64,000 nucleotides of DNA, taken from a virus (lineage: Duplodnaviria; Caudoviricetes). The stretch covers positions 8,933 through 72,932 of IMG/VR virus record IMGVR_UViG_2891339218_000001, one strand, 5' to 3'. The first letter of the stretch is position 1; each line of letters begins with the position of its first letter. Positions 9,065 through 18,797 of this stretch are shown piece by piece. Below the pieces are notes generated by a model. That model saw nothing but the letters and a program-made list of their open reading frames with translations, did not search any database and was not told the DNA's origin. Both the position numbers and the translations under genes were made by a program.

Positions 9065-9456
9065 TCATGCGCTTTATTCTGATGGGCGTGCTCTTAACTT
9101 CTACCGCGCCCGCGCACGCGGGATTTGTCCAACAAAACGATTCAATCGCGCTTGCCGCCATTTCCGGAGCGTTCGACACCATCGGAGAGCAGTCGGGTTT
9201 GTCAGCAAAGGATTTCGCCGCAGCCAAAAGAAGCGCTATAACCTGGTACCATTTAGGCCCTTGTGAAGGCAGCACGAAGCACATTGATCGCCAGCTCGCC
9301 CACGGCGTCATATCGTTGACCGCATCGCCTGATCCGCGGAGCCCATTCGTTGCGGCAACGCTGCAAATGATTGCGATAATGGCCGTTCAGAACTTGGGCC
9401 GAGAGGCACCAAAGTGGCTTTGCGACTACGTCGGAACGCTTGCAACCAGCAATTAA
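9061..9456 (+). CDS. Secreted hypothetical protein (131 aa)
   Basis: Signal peptide ending APAHA; ATGA overlap. Confidence 0.7.
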   Translation: MIMRFILMGVLLTSTAPAHAGFVQQNDSIALAAISGAFDTIGEQSGLSAKDFAAAKRSAITWYHLGPCEGSTKHIDRQLAHGVISLTASPDPRSPFVAATLQMIAIMAVQNLGREAPKWLCDYVGTLATSN

Positions 9457-9495
9457 GCGACCCGGTTGGACCACCCGTTTAACATACGGGCTTGA

Positions 9496-9861
9496 TTAAC
9501 CGCCAAGCATCACATCGAGCATGCCAGCGGTGAGCGGCGTAGTGGATATTGGCGGCAAGGTCTTCACGCCCTCGGGTGCAGGTGTCGTCTTTTCCCGTGC
9601 GTATTCCATCCACACTTCATCCATGGCGCGCAGGACGGCGATGTGGCGCGGTTCCACGGGCCAGCAGGTTGAGCGCGCATAGGCCTCAATCTCGCCGTAG
9701 CTGATCGGCTCAGGCCCGGCGAGGCCGGCGCGACGAGTGCGGCTGAGGTCCAGAAACCAACGCCAGAGTAGTTCGCCGCCGGCAGGCACCTGCATGACAC
9801 AGGCACCTTTCGCCTCAAGCTGACGCTTCAGTTCCGCGCAGAGGAGCTTTTCAAGGTTCAT
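9496..9861 (-). CDS. Tail assembly chaperone T-like protein (satellite)
   Basis: LWRWFLDLSRTR..G..GPEPISYGEIEAY...EP..IAVLRAMD resembles helper T segment (PDWQELAAF...LEPWEYRLIRRM). Confidence 0.65.
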   Translation of the reverse strand: MNLEKLLCAELKRQLEAKGACVMQVPAGGELLWRWFLDLSRTRRAGLAGPEPISYGEIEAYARSTCWPVEPRHIAVLRAMDEVWMEYAREKTTPAPEGVKTLPPISTTPLTAGMLDVMLGG

Positions 9862-10510
9862 AGATGAACACCTCGGTTGCCGAGAACGAGCCCGAGCGGT
9901 CGCCCCACGATTTCGGCGCCTGCACGCTGCCCGGATCGATCATCATCACCGTCGCGGGCTTCTCGAAATCCACCACGGCGGCGGTGTTGAAGTTCTGCGT
10001 GTCGAGCCCGAACATGATCCTCAGCGAGACAACGCCGCTGGAATTGGCGGTCGCGTCGGCCGTGATCCGGTGGAGCGAACGCGTCAGGAGGGTCATGCGG
10101 AACTCGACATAGTCACCGGCCGAGAGCTTGAAGCCCGCCGGCAGGCCTGAGACGACGACGTTCCGGCTGTCGGTGATGGTATCGAGGACAGCACGGCCGT
10201 CGAATGCCCCGCCCCCCGCTTTCGTGCCGGACAAGGGCTTCCCCTCGTCGTGCGCGATGGGTCGCGGCCTGGACAGGTCATAACCGATGAAGGGCGAGCC
10301 GCGCGGGCCGGACTCCATCACGAAAGCATCAAACCGGCCGTACTCGACCTCTTCCAGCGGCACCGTCTTGAACGATGCGCGCCAGTAAGGGGTCATGCTC
10401 GACATGATTTCCGAGCGACGCCGTTCCATCATGCTCACGTCGGAAGGGTCAACCGGGTCAAACTGGCAAGCGGCCCAAAGGACTGCCGGAAGTTCCATAG
10501 GATCGGGCAT
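9851..10510 (-). CDS. Distal tail (Dit-like) protein (satellite)
   Basis: Directly after tape measure; ungapped hand alignment about 140/217 identical to helper 25723-26376. Confidence 0.8.
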   Translation of the reverse strand: MPDPMELPAVLWAACQFDPVDPSDVSMMERRRSEIMSSMTPYWRASFKTVPLEEVEYGRFDAFVMESGPRGSPFIGYDLSRPRPIAHDEGKPLSGTKAGGGAFDGRAVLDTITDSRNVVVSGLPAGFKLSAGDYVEFRMTLLTRSLHRITADATANSSGVVSLRIMFGLDTQNFNTAAVVDFEKPATVMMIDPGSVQAPKSWGDRSGSFSATEVFIYEP

Positions 10511-12489
10511 CAGTAATTCCCTCCATTCTGACGGACGTTTTCGAGGTCCACGTTGTTTTGCCGGACGATCTGCACAGTCTGGTCTTTCGCCTGATCAAGC
10601 ACTTGGGCCAGCAGCTCGGGCGAAAGCGTGATCTGGATGACGGAACGAGAGATCGGGGCAGCGGCGCTGGATGCCGCGGAAGCCTGGTTGAACCGGGTGT
10701 GGTCGGTCACGGTCTCGCGCGGGTGAAGGATGGCCGGGAAGCCGCCTTTCCCATCGATCCCGCCCGAGCGAGAACCCATTCCAGTGTATCCGCCGCCGTC
10801 GAAGGAAGGCATGCGCATCCCGGCCCACGGATCGGCCTTGGCTCCACCGCCGAAGATCCCGCTAAACAGCCCGCCGAGCAGGCCGCCGCCGCTTCCGCCC
10901 GCCGCGTTGTTCACCTGAAAAATGCTGTCGAGCACATCGTCGAGGACAGTATCGGCGATGCGTTTGAGGCTGTTCACCGCCACGTCGCCAAGGGCTTCCC
11001 AAAGGCTTTTGCCGTCTTCCAGCGCGCCGGCAAGATCATCGATCGCCGAGCGGGTCAGGTCGCGATAGAGAAGCGTGCGCTCCTCGGCCAGGCGCTTGGC
11101 CTCCTCTTCCTTGTGGATCGCTTCGGTGAGGGCGACAACCTGATCACGCTCTTTCTCGGTTGCAGCCGCGCCGGCCTGCCTTGATGCGGCTGCGGCGCGC
11201 TTCTCCGCATCGCTGGCGTTGACCAGGCGAAGCTCTTCCTCCAGTTCGGCGATGAGGTCTTTGATCGCTTGGCGCTCACGCTCTGCGGCAGCAATGGATG
11301 CGGCGCGAGCTTTCCCGCCTTTACCGCCACTGTCGGCCGGCGCGGTGTACTCGGGTGGTGTCCAGGTGCGATCCGTTGTTCGCTCGCGCGCATCAGTCCG
11401 CTTATAGAGGATGCCTGCGATTTGGGCGTCGCGCTCGTTCAGCTTCGCAAGCTCGCGATCGATTTCATCCATCCGCCCCTTCGCCGCCGGGCCGTTTGGA
11501 TTTCGGTAAAGTAGGTTCGCGCTATCGCCGGCAGCGATCCGCATTCGCTCGTTTTCGAGATCGACGCGCTGCATTCCCATGTCGGCCTGGGACTTCTGCA
11601 GAAGCGAGCTGCGCTGTTCCTCGAAGTCCTTCAAGCCCTCAATCATTTCCCAGATGGTGTCGGAGACAGATACGAGCGCGCTCTTCACCTTCACGCCGAT
11701 GGTCATGGAAATGGCATCGAACTTGCGGTTTACCTCTGCCGCCTTCTGGATAAGCTGATCATCCATGATCACGCCAAGCTCATTCGCCGCCTGAATCTGA
11801 TCGCGGATTGCGCCCTCGCCTTGCTCCAGCAGCGCGACCATGCGCTCGCCGCCGGTGCCGCCGAAGAGTTCATCGAAGATGCGGATACCGGCCGCCGTGT
11901 CCTTCATCTGCCGGGTGCGCTCGATGATGAGCAGCAGCAGCTCGGACGGGTCTTTCAGCTTTTCCTTGATCTCCTGCGGCGTCAGGCCGAGGCGCTGGAA
12001 TGCTTCGGCCGCCGAACCTTTGCCGGTGACGGCGAACTCGTCGGCGCGCAGCTGCAGTTCCTTCAAGCCGTCTGTGATGGCATCGATCGGGATACGGGCT
12101 TGCTCGGCGACGAACTTCCACTCCTGAAAAACCTTGGTGGAGAGGCCTGCCATCTTTGCCTGGTCGCCGACTTCAGCCACCGCGTCGGCGACCTGATGCA
12201 CCTGGGAGAGGATGCCAGTAAACCCGCCAGCGACCATGCCGCCGACGAAACCGCCGATCATGGCTTTGCCGAAGGCCCCAATTTTCGTGGAAGTCGTGGC
12301 GAGCGCCTGGTTTATCCGGGTGGTGGAGCGGATCATGTGCTCCTCCATCTGGTCGGTCGCCCGTTTCGAGCCGAGGGACATTTCGCGATAGGTCTTCCCG
12401 GTGATGCCGCTCGCCTTCGCCATGTTCTTTTCGAGGTCCTTGATCCTTGCCTCAAGCAGCACGATCAAGCGTTCTTCATCATCAGCCAT
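10510..12489 (-). CDS. Tail tape measure protein (satellite, 659 aa)
   Basis: Ala/Glu-rich helical protein; C-terminal SFDGGGYTG..SRSGG.DGKGGF...HP.ETV.DHT shared with helper TMP. Confidence 0.9.
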   Translation of the reverse strand: MADDEERLIVLLEARIKDLEKNMAKASGITGKTYREMSLGSKRATDQMEEHMIRSTTRINQALATTSTKIGAFGKAMIGGFVGGMVAGGFTGILSQVHQVADAVAEVGDQAKMAGLSTKVFQEWKFVAEQARIPIDAITDGLKELQLRADEFAVTGKGSAAEAFQRLGLTPQEIKEKLKDPSELLLLIIERTRQMKDTAAGIRIFDELFGGTGGERMVALLEQGEGAIRDQIQAANELGVIMDDQLIQKAAEVNRKFDAISMTIGVKVKSALVSVSDTIWEMIEGLKDFEEQRSSLLQKSQADMGMQRVDLENERMRIAAGDSANLLYRNPNGPAAKGRMDEIDRELAKLNERDAQIAGILYKRTDARERTTDRTWTPPEYTAPADSGGKGGKARAASIAAAERERQAIKDLIAELEEELRLVNASDAEKRAAAASRQAGAAATEKERDQVVALTEAIHKEEEAKRLAEERTLLYRDLTRSAIDDLAGALEDGKSLWEALGDVAVNSLKRIADTVLDDVLDSIFQVNNAAGGSGGGLLGGLFSGIFGGGAKADPWAGMRMPSFDGGGYTGMGSRSGGIDGKGGFPAILHPRETVTDHTRFNQASAASSAAAPISRSVIQITLSPELLAQVLDQAKDQTVQIVRQNNVDLENVRQNGGNY

Positions 12490-12492
12490 GGG

Positions 12493-14109
12493 TCAGCACT
12501 CCGCAAAAGCCCAGTTTTCAAAGTCATCGCCTGCGTTGTCGTAGAAGGAACCGCCGCCACCGGCCGCCGCGCGCCGCACCGCCATTGCCGCCGCGACGGC
12601 GCCGTCAATCGACATCCACAGCTTGGGCTTGGTGAGGCGTACGATATGCCCCTGCGTGTTGCGTTGAGCCTCAGCGTTCGAAAAGCAGAGGCGCAAGACG
12701 GGGTGCCCGTCGTGGCGTAGGCGTCGCCCTATGACAACGCGCTCCAGCTCCTGAAGCGCCGGCATCATCGTGAGAGGGCCTTGCCGCATCTCGACGGCCG
12801 GAAAGCCGTCCTCGTTGAGGTTCGCAAGGGTGGTCGCGGCAAGCGCCGGGTCGAACGCGATTTCCATGACGTTGAATCGGGCGCAGAGTTCACGAATGAC
12901 AGCTTCGACCCTTCGAACATCAATCACGTTGCCGGGGGTTGCTTCGATGTGGCCTTCCTCAGCCCAGGCGATGTAGGAGGCGCCGGAAAGGTCCTGACGG
13001 TCGCGAAGGTTCTCTGTCGGGCAGAAGAACCATGGATGGACGATGTAACCCTCATCCCCATCGGGCCACGCGGCGACGATGACGGAAAGGTCCTTGCTGG
13101 ACGAAAGATCGACGCCAAGCCAGCACGGCCGGCGCTCCGCCTCGAGGTCGATTAGCTCGACCGCGCCGGCGCACTCGTCATACGCCTCCATGTCAAAGGC
13201 CGGGTCATCGGTGCTATCCAGCCAGATATTGAGGTTGAGCTGCTTGAAGGCTTCGCGGTCGCCGATGCGGCGCTCGCCCTCGAATGCCATCTGGCGCAGG
13301 CCTTCGATATCGGGATAGCCGTGAGCAAGGCCGGGGTTCACCCGGCGCCACACCTCTTCATCGCGCCAGTCATCATCGGGGGTCGCCTCGAAAAGCACCG
13401 GCAGGATGGACGGATCGTCCACCTCGCCGCGCGCCACGCGCCGCGCATCGTCCACGATATCCCAGGCAATGTTCTCCCGGCCGCGCCCGGCCGTCGTCGC
13501 CACGACCAGCAGGCTTCCGGCCGTCTTGACCAGACCGGAGCGGAGCACGTCCCAGAGGTCCCGCTTCTTCCAGGCGTGCAGCTCGTCGGCCAGAACGAAA
13601 ACCGGCGTACGGCCGTGCTGGGTGCCCGCGTCGGCGCTGATCGCCTCGCAGAAGCTGCGGGCGGTCGGATAATAGAGCTTGTTGCGGTAATCGAGGTTGC
13701 GGACCTTCGGCGCAATCTTCTTGTGCGCCCAGACGAGGCCGCGCGCTTCCTCATAGGCGATGCGCGCTTGCTTCCGATCGGAGGCGGCCGTGATGACTTC
13801 GCCGCCCGGCACGCGCTCCGGGCCGATTGTATGGAGCAGCGCCAGCGCCGCCGACAGCGAGGTCTTGCGGTTGCCGCGCGGCAGGAGAAGCACGACGGTT
13901 CGGACGATCCGGCTTCCGTCTTCCTTGCGCGGGCCATAGATGCGGCGCACGACGCGCTCTTGCCAAGGGTCGAGCTGGAACGGCTTGCCGGACTTCGGAT
14001 GCTTCAGCATGCGCAGGAACTTCACCGCGCGCTCGCCGAAGCCTTGCGGGTCGGGTATTTCCGAGCCGTCATAGACCCACTCAGGAAACGTTGCACGGGT
14101 CTTCGCCAT
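12493..14109 (-). CDS. terL: Terminase large subunit (HK97/cos type)
   Basis: LDPWQ, PRGNRKT Walker A, VLADELH Walker B, GVDLS and IDGAVA nuclease motifs. Confidence 0.95.
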   Translation of the reverse strand: MAKTRATFPEWVYDGSEIPDPQGFGERAVKFLRMLKHPKSGKPFQLDPWQERVVRRIYGPRKEDGSRIVRTVVLLLPRGNRKTSLSAALALLHTIGPERVPGGEVITAASDRKQARIAYEEARGLVWAHKKIAPKVRNLDYRNKLYYPTARSFCEAISADAGTQHGRTPVFVLADELHAWKKRDLWDVLRSGLVKTAGSLLVVATTAGRGRENIAWDIVDDARRVARGEVDDPSILPVLFEATPDDDWRDEEVWRRVNPGLAHGYPDIEGLRQMAFEGERRIGDREAFKQLNLNIWLDSTDDPAFDMEAYDECAGAVELIDLEAERRPCWLGVDLSSSKDLSVIVAAWPDGDEGYIVHPWFFCPTENLRDRQDLSGASYIAWAEEGHIEATPGNVIDVRRVEAVIRELCARFNVMEIAFDPALAATTLANLNEDGFPAVEMRQGPLTMMPALQELERVVIGRRLRHDGHPVLRLCFSNAEAQRNTQGHIVRLTKPKLWMSIDGAVAAAMAVRRAAAGGGGSFYDNAGDDFENWAFAEC

Positions 14110-14509
14110 CGTCCTCGTCCTCTCTAACCGCCGGCCGCGAACGCGACACCGGCGTTAAGCCGAGTTCGGCCGCCAGCAACCGCGCCCGCGTCATGGCGTC
14201 GGACTGGATACCCACGGCCGGGTTGCGCTTCATGCCAAGGCTGAAAATCTCGCCGTCCTTTTCCTTGAATTGCTCAACAACATGCCCGTGGCGCTGAAGG
14301 TGCTCCTCCATCTCCCGAACCTGCCCGATCGCTACGCAGTAGTTTTCGAGGCTTCCGAGGTCGGCCGTGGTCAGGATCTTCCGCTTGATCAGGATCGGCA
14401 GGACGCGGCGCCATTCCTTTTTTGCTTCGCCCGATAGCCACGACGGGGCGGCCGGCGCCTTGCGCACCGCTTCATTGTCGACGACGAGACGCGGCTTGCT
14501 GCCCCTCAT
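14081..14509 (-). CDS. terS: Terminase small subunit, P27 family
   Basis: PSWLSGEAKKEW...NPAV...ELGLTPVSRSR. Confidence 0.93.
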   Translation of the reverse strand: MRGSKPRLVVDNEAVRKAPAAPSWLSGEAKKEWRRVLPILIKRKILTTADLGSLENYCVAIGQVREMEEHLQRHGHVVEQFKEKDGEIFSLGMKRNPAVGIQSDAMTRARLLAAELGLTPVSRSRPAVREDEDDGEDPCNVS

Positions 14510-14817
14510 TCGGACCTCACGGCTCGAAGCTCCAGCCCCTTGCGTCGGCCGATCTCTTTCGTTTCCTTGATGTTGAAGGCCTCGCCCTCGTATTCGATCC
14601 GGTCGGATGTGGTCACGCTGGCCAGCCAGCGGGTGCGGAAGATGATCACCGTCTCGTCAACGGCGCCGCCCCGGATGAATTCCTCGGTGCTGCTCTGGAT
14701 GATCTGGGCGCGCAGCGTGGCCTTGTCGGTCCATGTCTCGACGGGCGTGCCGTACTCGTTCACCGTGTTCGTGAACCCCTGAATTTTTATGGTGCGATCA
14801 AGCTTGCCGGCGCGCAT
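14506..14817 (-). CDS. Head closure / head-tail adaptor
   Basis: MRAGKLDRTIKIQ...NEYG.PVETW signature. Confidence 0.9.
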   Translation of the reverse strand: MRAGKLDRTIKIQGFTNTVNEYGTPVETWTDKATLRAQIIQSSTEEFIRGGAVDETVIIFRTRWLASVTTSDRIEYEGEAFNIKETKEIGRRKGLELRAVRSE

Positions 14818-15230
14818 CAGGTTATCTCCTGCACCAGGGCGTTGATGGTGACGACGGCATGCGAGGTCTCGCCATCAGGATCGCGAAGGAAGCGGGCGGA
14901 CTGAACGTAGCAATCGGCGAAGTGGAAGCCCTCCAAAACTCCGAAATTCGGAGTTTTGATTGCCGCCCGGATCGCCCCGGCAATGGCTTTGACACCCTCG
15001 GTGCTCGGCTCCTTCTTCCAGATATGCAGGTCGAGATAGACGCGGATCAGCGTGCGGGCGATGCTGTTGCCCTCGTCCACGCTCTGACCTTCGCCGATGA
15101 CGATAGAGGGGAACGGTGCCGGGCGCTGGTTGCGGTCGAGAATGGAGCCGGCCGGCACGAGATCGGTGACGGCGCTGGTGCCAATAAGGCGGGTGCGGAC
15201 GGCCTTCTGCAGGGCGAGTTCCGGGGTCAT
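14817..15230 (-). CDS. Tail terminator (DUF3168-like)
   Basis: ELALQKAV..RL, PFPSIVIGE, RDPDGETSHAV. Confidence 0.88.
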   Translation of the reverse strand: MTPELALQKAVRTRLIGTSAVTDLVPAGSILDRNQRPAPFPSIVIGEGQSVDEGNSIARTLIRVYLDLHIWKKEPSTEGVKAIAGAIRAAIKTPNFGVLEGFHFADCYVQSARFLRDPDGETSHAVVTINALVQEIT

Positions 15231-15661
15231 TTGCGGCTTCCCCAGTTGTCCTTGACGGCCTTGCGGATCGCGCGCTTGATCGCGTTCGTCGCCTTCTTCC
15301 GCTGGAGCCGGACAGTCGGCCAGAAGAACGGTTGAGCGGTGGCCTTCGTGGTCCCGTATTCAACAAGGTGCGGGTAGCGAACGTCCGCGTTACCGACCGT
15401 TACGGCCACGGCGTTTTCCGGCACGACCATGGAGCCGCCCGGCTGTGAATAGGGCGGCGTCTGCTCGCTCGGCCCCGTTACCTCGATGCTGCTCCGCAGG
15501 TCGGGCGCGTCGGTGGCTGGGTCGTCGGGTGCGAGAATGCGCATGGTGACGGCGAGGTCGTTACCCTCTTTGATAAGCGCGGGCGTCACGGCCTCGCGGA
15601 CGCGGCGCGGGATCATCGCCATACGCTGCTGGATTCGGGACAGTCCGCCGTCATCCGCCAA
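15227..15661 (-). CDS. HK97 gp10-family tail completion protein
   Basis: YPHLVEYGT...AQPFFWP. Confidence 0.9.
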   Translation of the reverse strand: MADDGGLSRIQQRMAMIPRRVREAVTPALIKEGNDLAVTMRILAPDDPATDAPDLRSSIEVTGPSEQTPPYSQPGGSMVVPENAVAVTVGNADVRYPHLVEYGTTKATAQPFFWPTVRLQRKKATNAIKRAIRKAVKDNWGSRK

Positions 15662-15974
15662 AGGACCAATCCCTGTATTCGCGAACGATTTCCCAAACGC
15701 CGAAGGGAAGCTCCTCTGCTGTCACGCCGACAAGGGTCGCTTCCCTGTTTTCATACCAGTGCGCCGCAAGCTGAAGCACCGCCTCAACCAGCGAAGGCGG
15801 AATTGCCTCTTGCTCCGTGCCGCCATAGGTCTCCCCGATCTTGAAGCCCAGCAGGCGCTCGATATGGTTTTGCGCCGCTTCGATCTTGCGCCCGAGCAGA
15901 ACATCATCGGCCGTTCCGAGGTCTTCATCGAAGTTCAATTGCTCTTTGAGCTGGGCAAGCGTGACGATGGCCAT
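15651..15974 (-). CDS. Head-tail connector (HK97 gp6-like)
   Basis: VTLAQLKEQL...AVLQLAAHWYENRE. Confidence 0.92.
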   Translation of the reverse strand: MAIVTLAQLKEQLNFDEDLGTADDVLLGRKIEAAQNHIERLLGFKIGETYGGTEQEAIPPSLVEAVLQLAAHWYENREATLVGVTAEELPFGVWEIVREYRDWSFGG

Positions 15975-15984
15975 GTCAAAAATC

Positions 15985-16065
15985 CTATTTCGGGCAAATC
16001 TCGCGCGATGGACCCCGCGCCGGTCCCCCGGTGAGGTGGAAAGTCGAAGACCACCCCCCGGTCGG
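15985..16065 (-). promoter_or_regulatory. Candidate cos packaging site of satellite
   Basis: Non-coding gap in the structural operon; GGGGGGTGGTC...GGGGACCGGCGCGGGG...CGCGCGA resembles G-run cos regions of HNH/P27-terminase phages. Confidence 0.45.
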
Positions 16066-16096
16066 GCATGATTGGTGATCGATTCGGAGAACGATC

Positions 16097-16318
16097 ATGA
16101 CGATCACTTTGAAAGACCTCAGCGAGCATGAGCTGCATTGGCTGAAGCAGATGCATATCGGCGGTGCAGCGACGTTGATGCTTCCGGCGAAAACCGCTGA
16201 CCGATTGCGCGAGCTTGGCCTTGCCGAACAGAAGTTGGGCGGCACAGGAATAAGCAAACTTGGCAAGAAGCTTATCGACGAGCGCATTCTCGCTTTGCGA
16301 AGGGCCAGAGGCTTCTAA
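16097..16318 (+). CDS. Small moron protein (73 aa)
   Basis: GGAGA RBS; opposite strand within structural operon. Confidence 0.65.
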   Translation: MTITLKDLSEHELHWLKQMHIGGAATLMLPAKTADRLRELGLAEQKLGGTGISKLGKKLIDERILALRRARGF

Positions 16319-16324
16319 CAATTC

Positions 16325-16807
16325 CTAGTCCTCGGCCGCGACGCGTACGATGTTGCTGTTGATGCCGAGGCTGATGTTCAGCTTCATGATGCTGCTGGCC
16401 CTGTCGTACTGCTCGGACTGAGACATGACCTTGCCGATGAAATATCGTTCGGAGGGCGTGCCTCCTGCCGGCGCATCATTGAGCACCAACTTGAATGCAA
16501 AGTCGCTGATGCTCTTCTCGGCGGCGATGGCTGCAAGCTGGCCGGGGTCAGCGGCGTCGATCCCGCAGACGATTTCCATCGAGCCAGCCGAGCGCGGTCC
16601 CTTCTGGGTACGGGTGCGCTTGTCACCAAGAGCGGTGAAGTTGACAGCTTCCGACGTGTCGCCGGCGGAGCCAGCTGCTTCCACTTCCTTGATCTCAACC
16701 CAGGTCTGGGGCGGCGTGGTGAAGTCGGTCAGCACGAAGTCGGTGCTCTTCTGTTTCAGCACACCGCCGATGTACACTTTCAATCCGGCGCTGGTGTAGA
16801 CGGTCAT
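16325..16807 (-). CDS. Major tail (tube) protein (satellite)
   Basis: WVEIKEV...GDT...KGPRSAGSM...DPGQ.A motif typical of siphophage tube proteins. Confidence 0.85.
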   Translation of the reverse strand: MTVYTSAGLKVYIGGVLKQKSTDFVLTDFTTPPQTWVEIKEVEAAGSAGDTSEAVNFTALGDKRTRTQKGPRSAGSMEIVCGIDAADPGQLAAIAAEKSISDFAFKLVLNDAPAGGTPSERYFIGKVMSQSEQYDRASSIMKLNISLGINSNIVRVAAED

Positions 16808-17163
16808 GATGGGTTCCTTTCCGTTCGGCGCTCTTCAGCTGCCTCGATGGCATTGCAGCGCTGGCAACCGGGCCGCCAATTGGAGCGAACCATGCGAAGG
16901 TCTGGGCGCGTGCGGATGGATTTGATGTGCATGACGACGGTGGCCTTTGCCCCGCATCGTGCGCACAGTTCGTTTTCTGGCAGGGAGAGGAAGGCCTTCG
17001 CCTCGGTCTCCCATGCCTTGTCATAGCCGCGGTGCCGGGCCGGTGGCCGCTTCTTGTCGAAACGGGCCTTGCGCTGCGCATCTGATGCGGCCATGTGGCG
17101 GCACCGCTCCCCGTAGGGAACGACGCAGCCACAAGACCGGATGGATGGAGCGCGGGACGGCAT
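16804..17163 (-). CDS. HNH endonuclease (packaging cofactor), 119 aa from MPSRAP
   Basis: RGYDKAW, CARC...ATVVMHI...SNWRPGCQRCN. Confidence 0.8.
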   Translation of the reverse strand: MPSRAPSIRSCGCVVPYGERCRHMAASDAQRKARFDKKRPPARHRGYDKAWETEAKAFLSLPENELCARCGAKATVVMHIKSIRTRPDLRMVRSNWRPGCQRCNAIEAAEERRTERNPS

Positions 17164-17546
17164 CAGGGCAACTGGATGTGCTGGTGGCCGATCAAGGCGA
17201 TTGCTCCCGCCTGAATAGAGGTGCCGCCTGACTTGGTGAGGGCGAGACGGACAAACCGCTTCTTGCCGATGTACTCGACCTGATAGGCCGCCGTGGCGCC
17301 GAGGGTGGCCGGGACGCCGCTGATTACATCGTCCGCGTCCGCGTCGGTGTAGCCGGTGCCGCTGGAATTGCTCTCCTGCACCTTCACCCCGAAATCGCCA
17401 GCACCGGAGATTGCCCCGGTGTTGATGATGAACATGAGGCCCTGCGAGCCCTTGCGGTCGATCTCGATGCCGTCGGCCGCTGCGGCCTGCGAGGCCGAGT
17501 TGATGGCCGGGATGGCCTTGAGGTTGTGGTAAAGTCCTTTGCGCAT
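17163..17546 (-). CDS. Capsid-associated (decoration-like) protein
   Basis: Directly after MCP; small beta-rich protein with YIGKKRFVRL. Confidence 0.6.
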   Translation of the reverse strand: MRKGLYHNLKAIPAINSASQAAAADGIEIDRKGSQGLMFIINTGAISGAGDFGVKVQESNSSGTGYTDADADDVISGVPATLGATAAYQVEYIGKKRFVRLALTKSGGTSIQAGAIALIGHQHIQLP

Positions 17547-17557
17547 GATGGGGCTCC

Positions 17558-18796
17558 TTAGCTCGCTGCGACCTTGAGGAACTTGATCGCGTTGAAGTCG
17601 CCGGCACCGCCGCCGACGCGCTTATAGACGTCGAAGATGATCCGGCCCTTCTGGGTGAGTTCGTCGCGGTTGATGCGGACGCCTTGGCGATCGACGATCA
17701 CATAGCCCTGGCGGAAGTCGCCGAAGGCGATGGGGTGCTCGCCGGCCGCGATATCGGGCATGCCCTCGTCGATCTCGACGGAGTAGCCAAGCAGCGGGTG
17801 CTCGACGCCTTCGATGAGGTTGCCCGTCGGCGCCCAAAGGCGGCGGCCAACTTCATCGACGATAGCCCGGAGGCGCACTGCCGTATTGCTGTTCATCAGG
17901 AACTTGGCGTTGCCTTTGTAGGGCTTGCGCAGCGCGGCAACCAGCTTGATCACGGCCGCAACGAGCTGCGTATCGGTCGGTGCCGAAGCATGACCGGCCG
18001 GCACGTACTGGTGCTTACCCCAAGCGCGGACGAAATCTTTCTCGTTCGTGGTGCCGTAATCGAGGAGGCCGCGCGGGAAGCCATCGACACCGGTATAGCG
18101 AAGGAAGTCCTCGCCCTCGGTCTCGGCAAAGTCATGGGTGGCGTTGTTCACGAGCCAGGAAGCAATGTCGGTGGCGGCGTCGTCGAGCAGATGCCGGGTT
18201 GCAGCCGGGGCGGCGTAGTATTCACCCACCGGATAGCTGTGCTTGATCAGTTCGGGGCGAGCCGTGTCCTGCGGACGGTCGTCGCGTTCCGAGACGCGCT
18301 GCGCACCGCGCTTGCCGAGCGAATAGAAGCGCTCGTACTTGTCGGTGGAGATGCTGACGACTTCAGCCAGGCCGCGCAGCGGTGACAGGTCGGTCATCAG
18401 CGTGCGGATGGACAGGTCCACGGTCGGCAGGACGAAATAGCCGCCCGAAGCGTCATTGTCGGAGGATGCCGCCTTCACCTCGAATGAGCCGCCGGCCTCC
18501 TCGATCGCTGCCGAGCTGTTGGAGCGGAGATAGGAGGACAGAGCCTTGCGCTCGATCTCCTGCTGCTCCTCTGCCGTCGTCTTCGAGCCGGGGCGGTTCG
18601 CCTTCTTCTCGAATTCGTCGATGCGGTCCATAAGCGCCTTGATTTCGGCGCCGCCCTCCACCTTCTTCAGCCGCTCGTCCACGGTCTTCTGAAGATCCTC
18701 GAGCGACTTGGTGACGATGGATACCGGATCGTCTTCCTCGCCCTTTCGCTCAATGGCCACGCTGTTGAGCAGCGCGCGTTTCGTGACATGGTGCAT
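17558..18796 (-). CDS. Major capsid protein, HK97 family (satellite)
   Basis: N-terminal coiled delta domain, GGYFV, IAFGDF..GY.IVDR, KRVGG. Confidence 0.95.
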   Translation of the reverse strand: MHHVTKRALLNSVAIERKGEEDDPVSIVTKSLEDLQKTVDERLKKVEGGAEIKALMDRIDEFEKKANRPGSKTTAEEQQEIERKALSSYLRSNSSAAIEEAGGSFEVKAASSDNDASGGYFVLPTVDLSIRTLMTDLSPLRGLAEVVSISTDKYERFYSLGKRGAQRVSERDDRPQDTARPELIKHSYPVGEYYAAPAATRHLLDDAATDIASWLVNNATHDFAETEGEDFLRYTGVDGFPRGLLDYGTTNEKDFVRAWGKHQYVPAGHASAPTDTQLVAAVIKLVAALRKPYKGNAKFLMNSNTAVRLRAIVDEVGRRLWAPTGNLIEGVEHPLLGYSVEIDEGMPDIAAGEHPIAFGDFRQGYVIVDRQGVRINRDELTQKGRIIFDVYKRVGGGAGDFNAIKFLKVAAS

Positions 18797-18797
18797 G

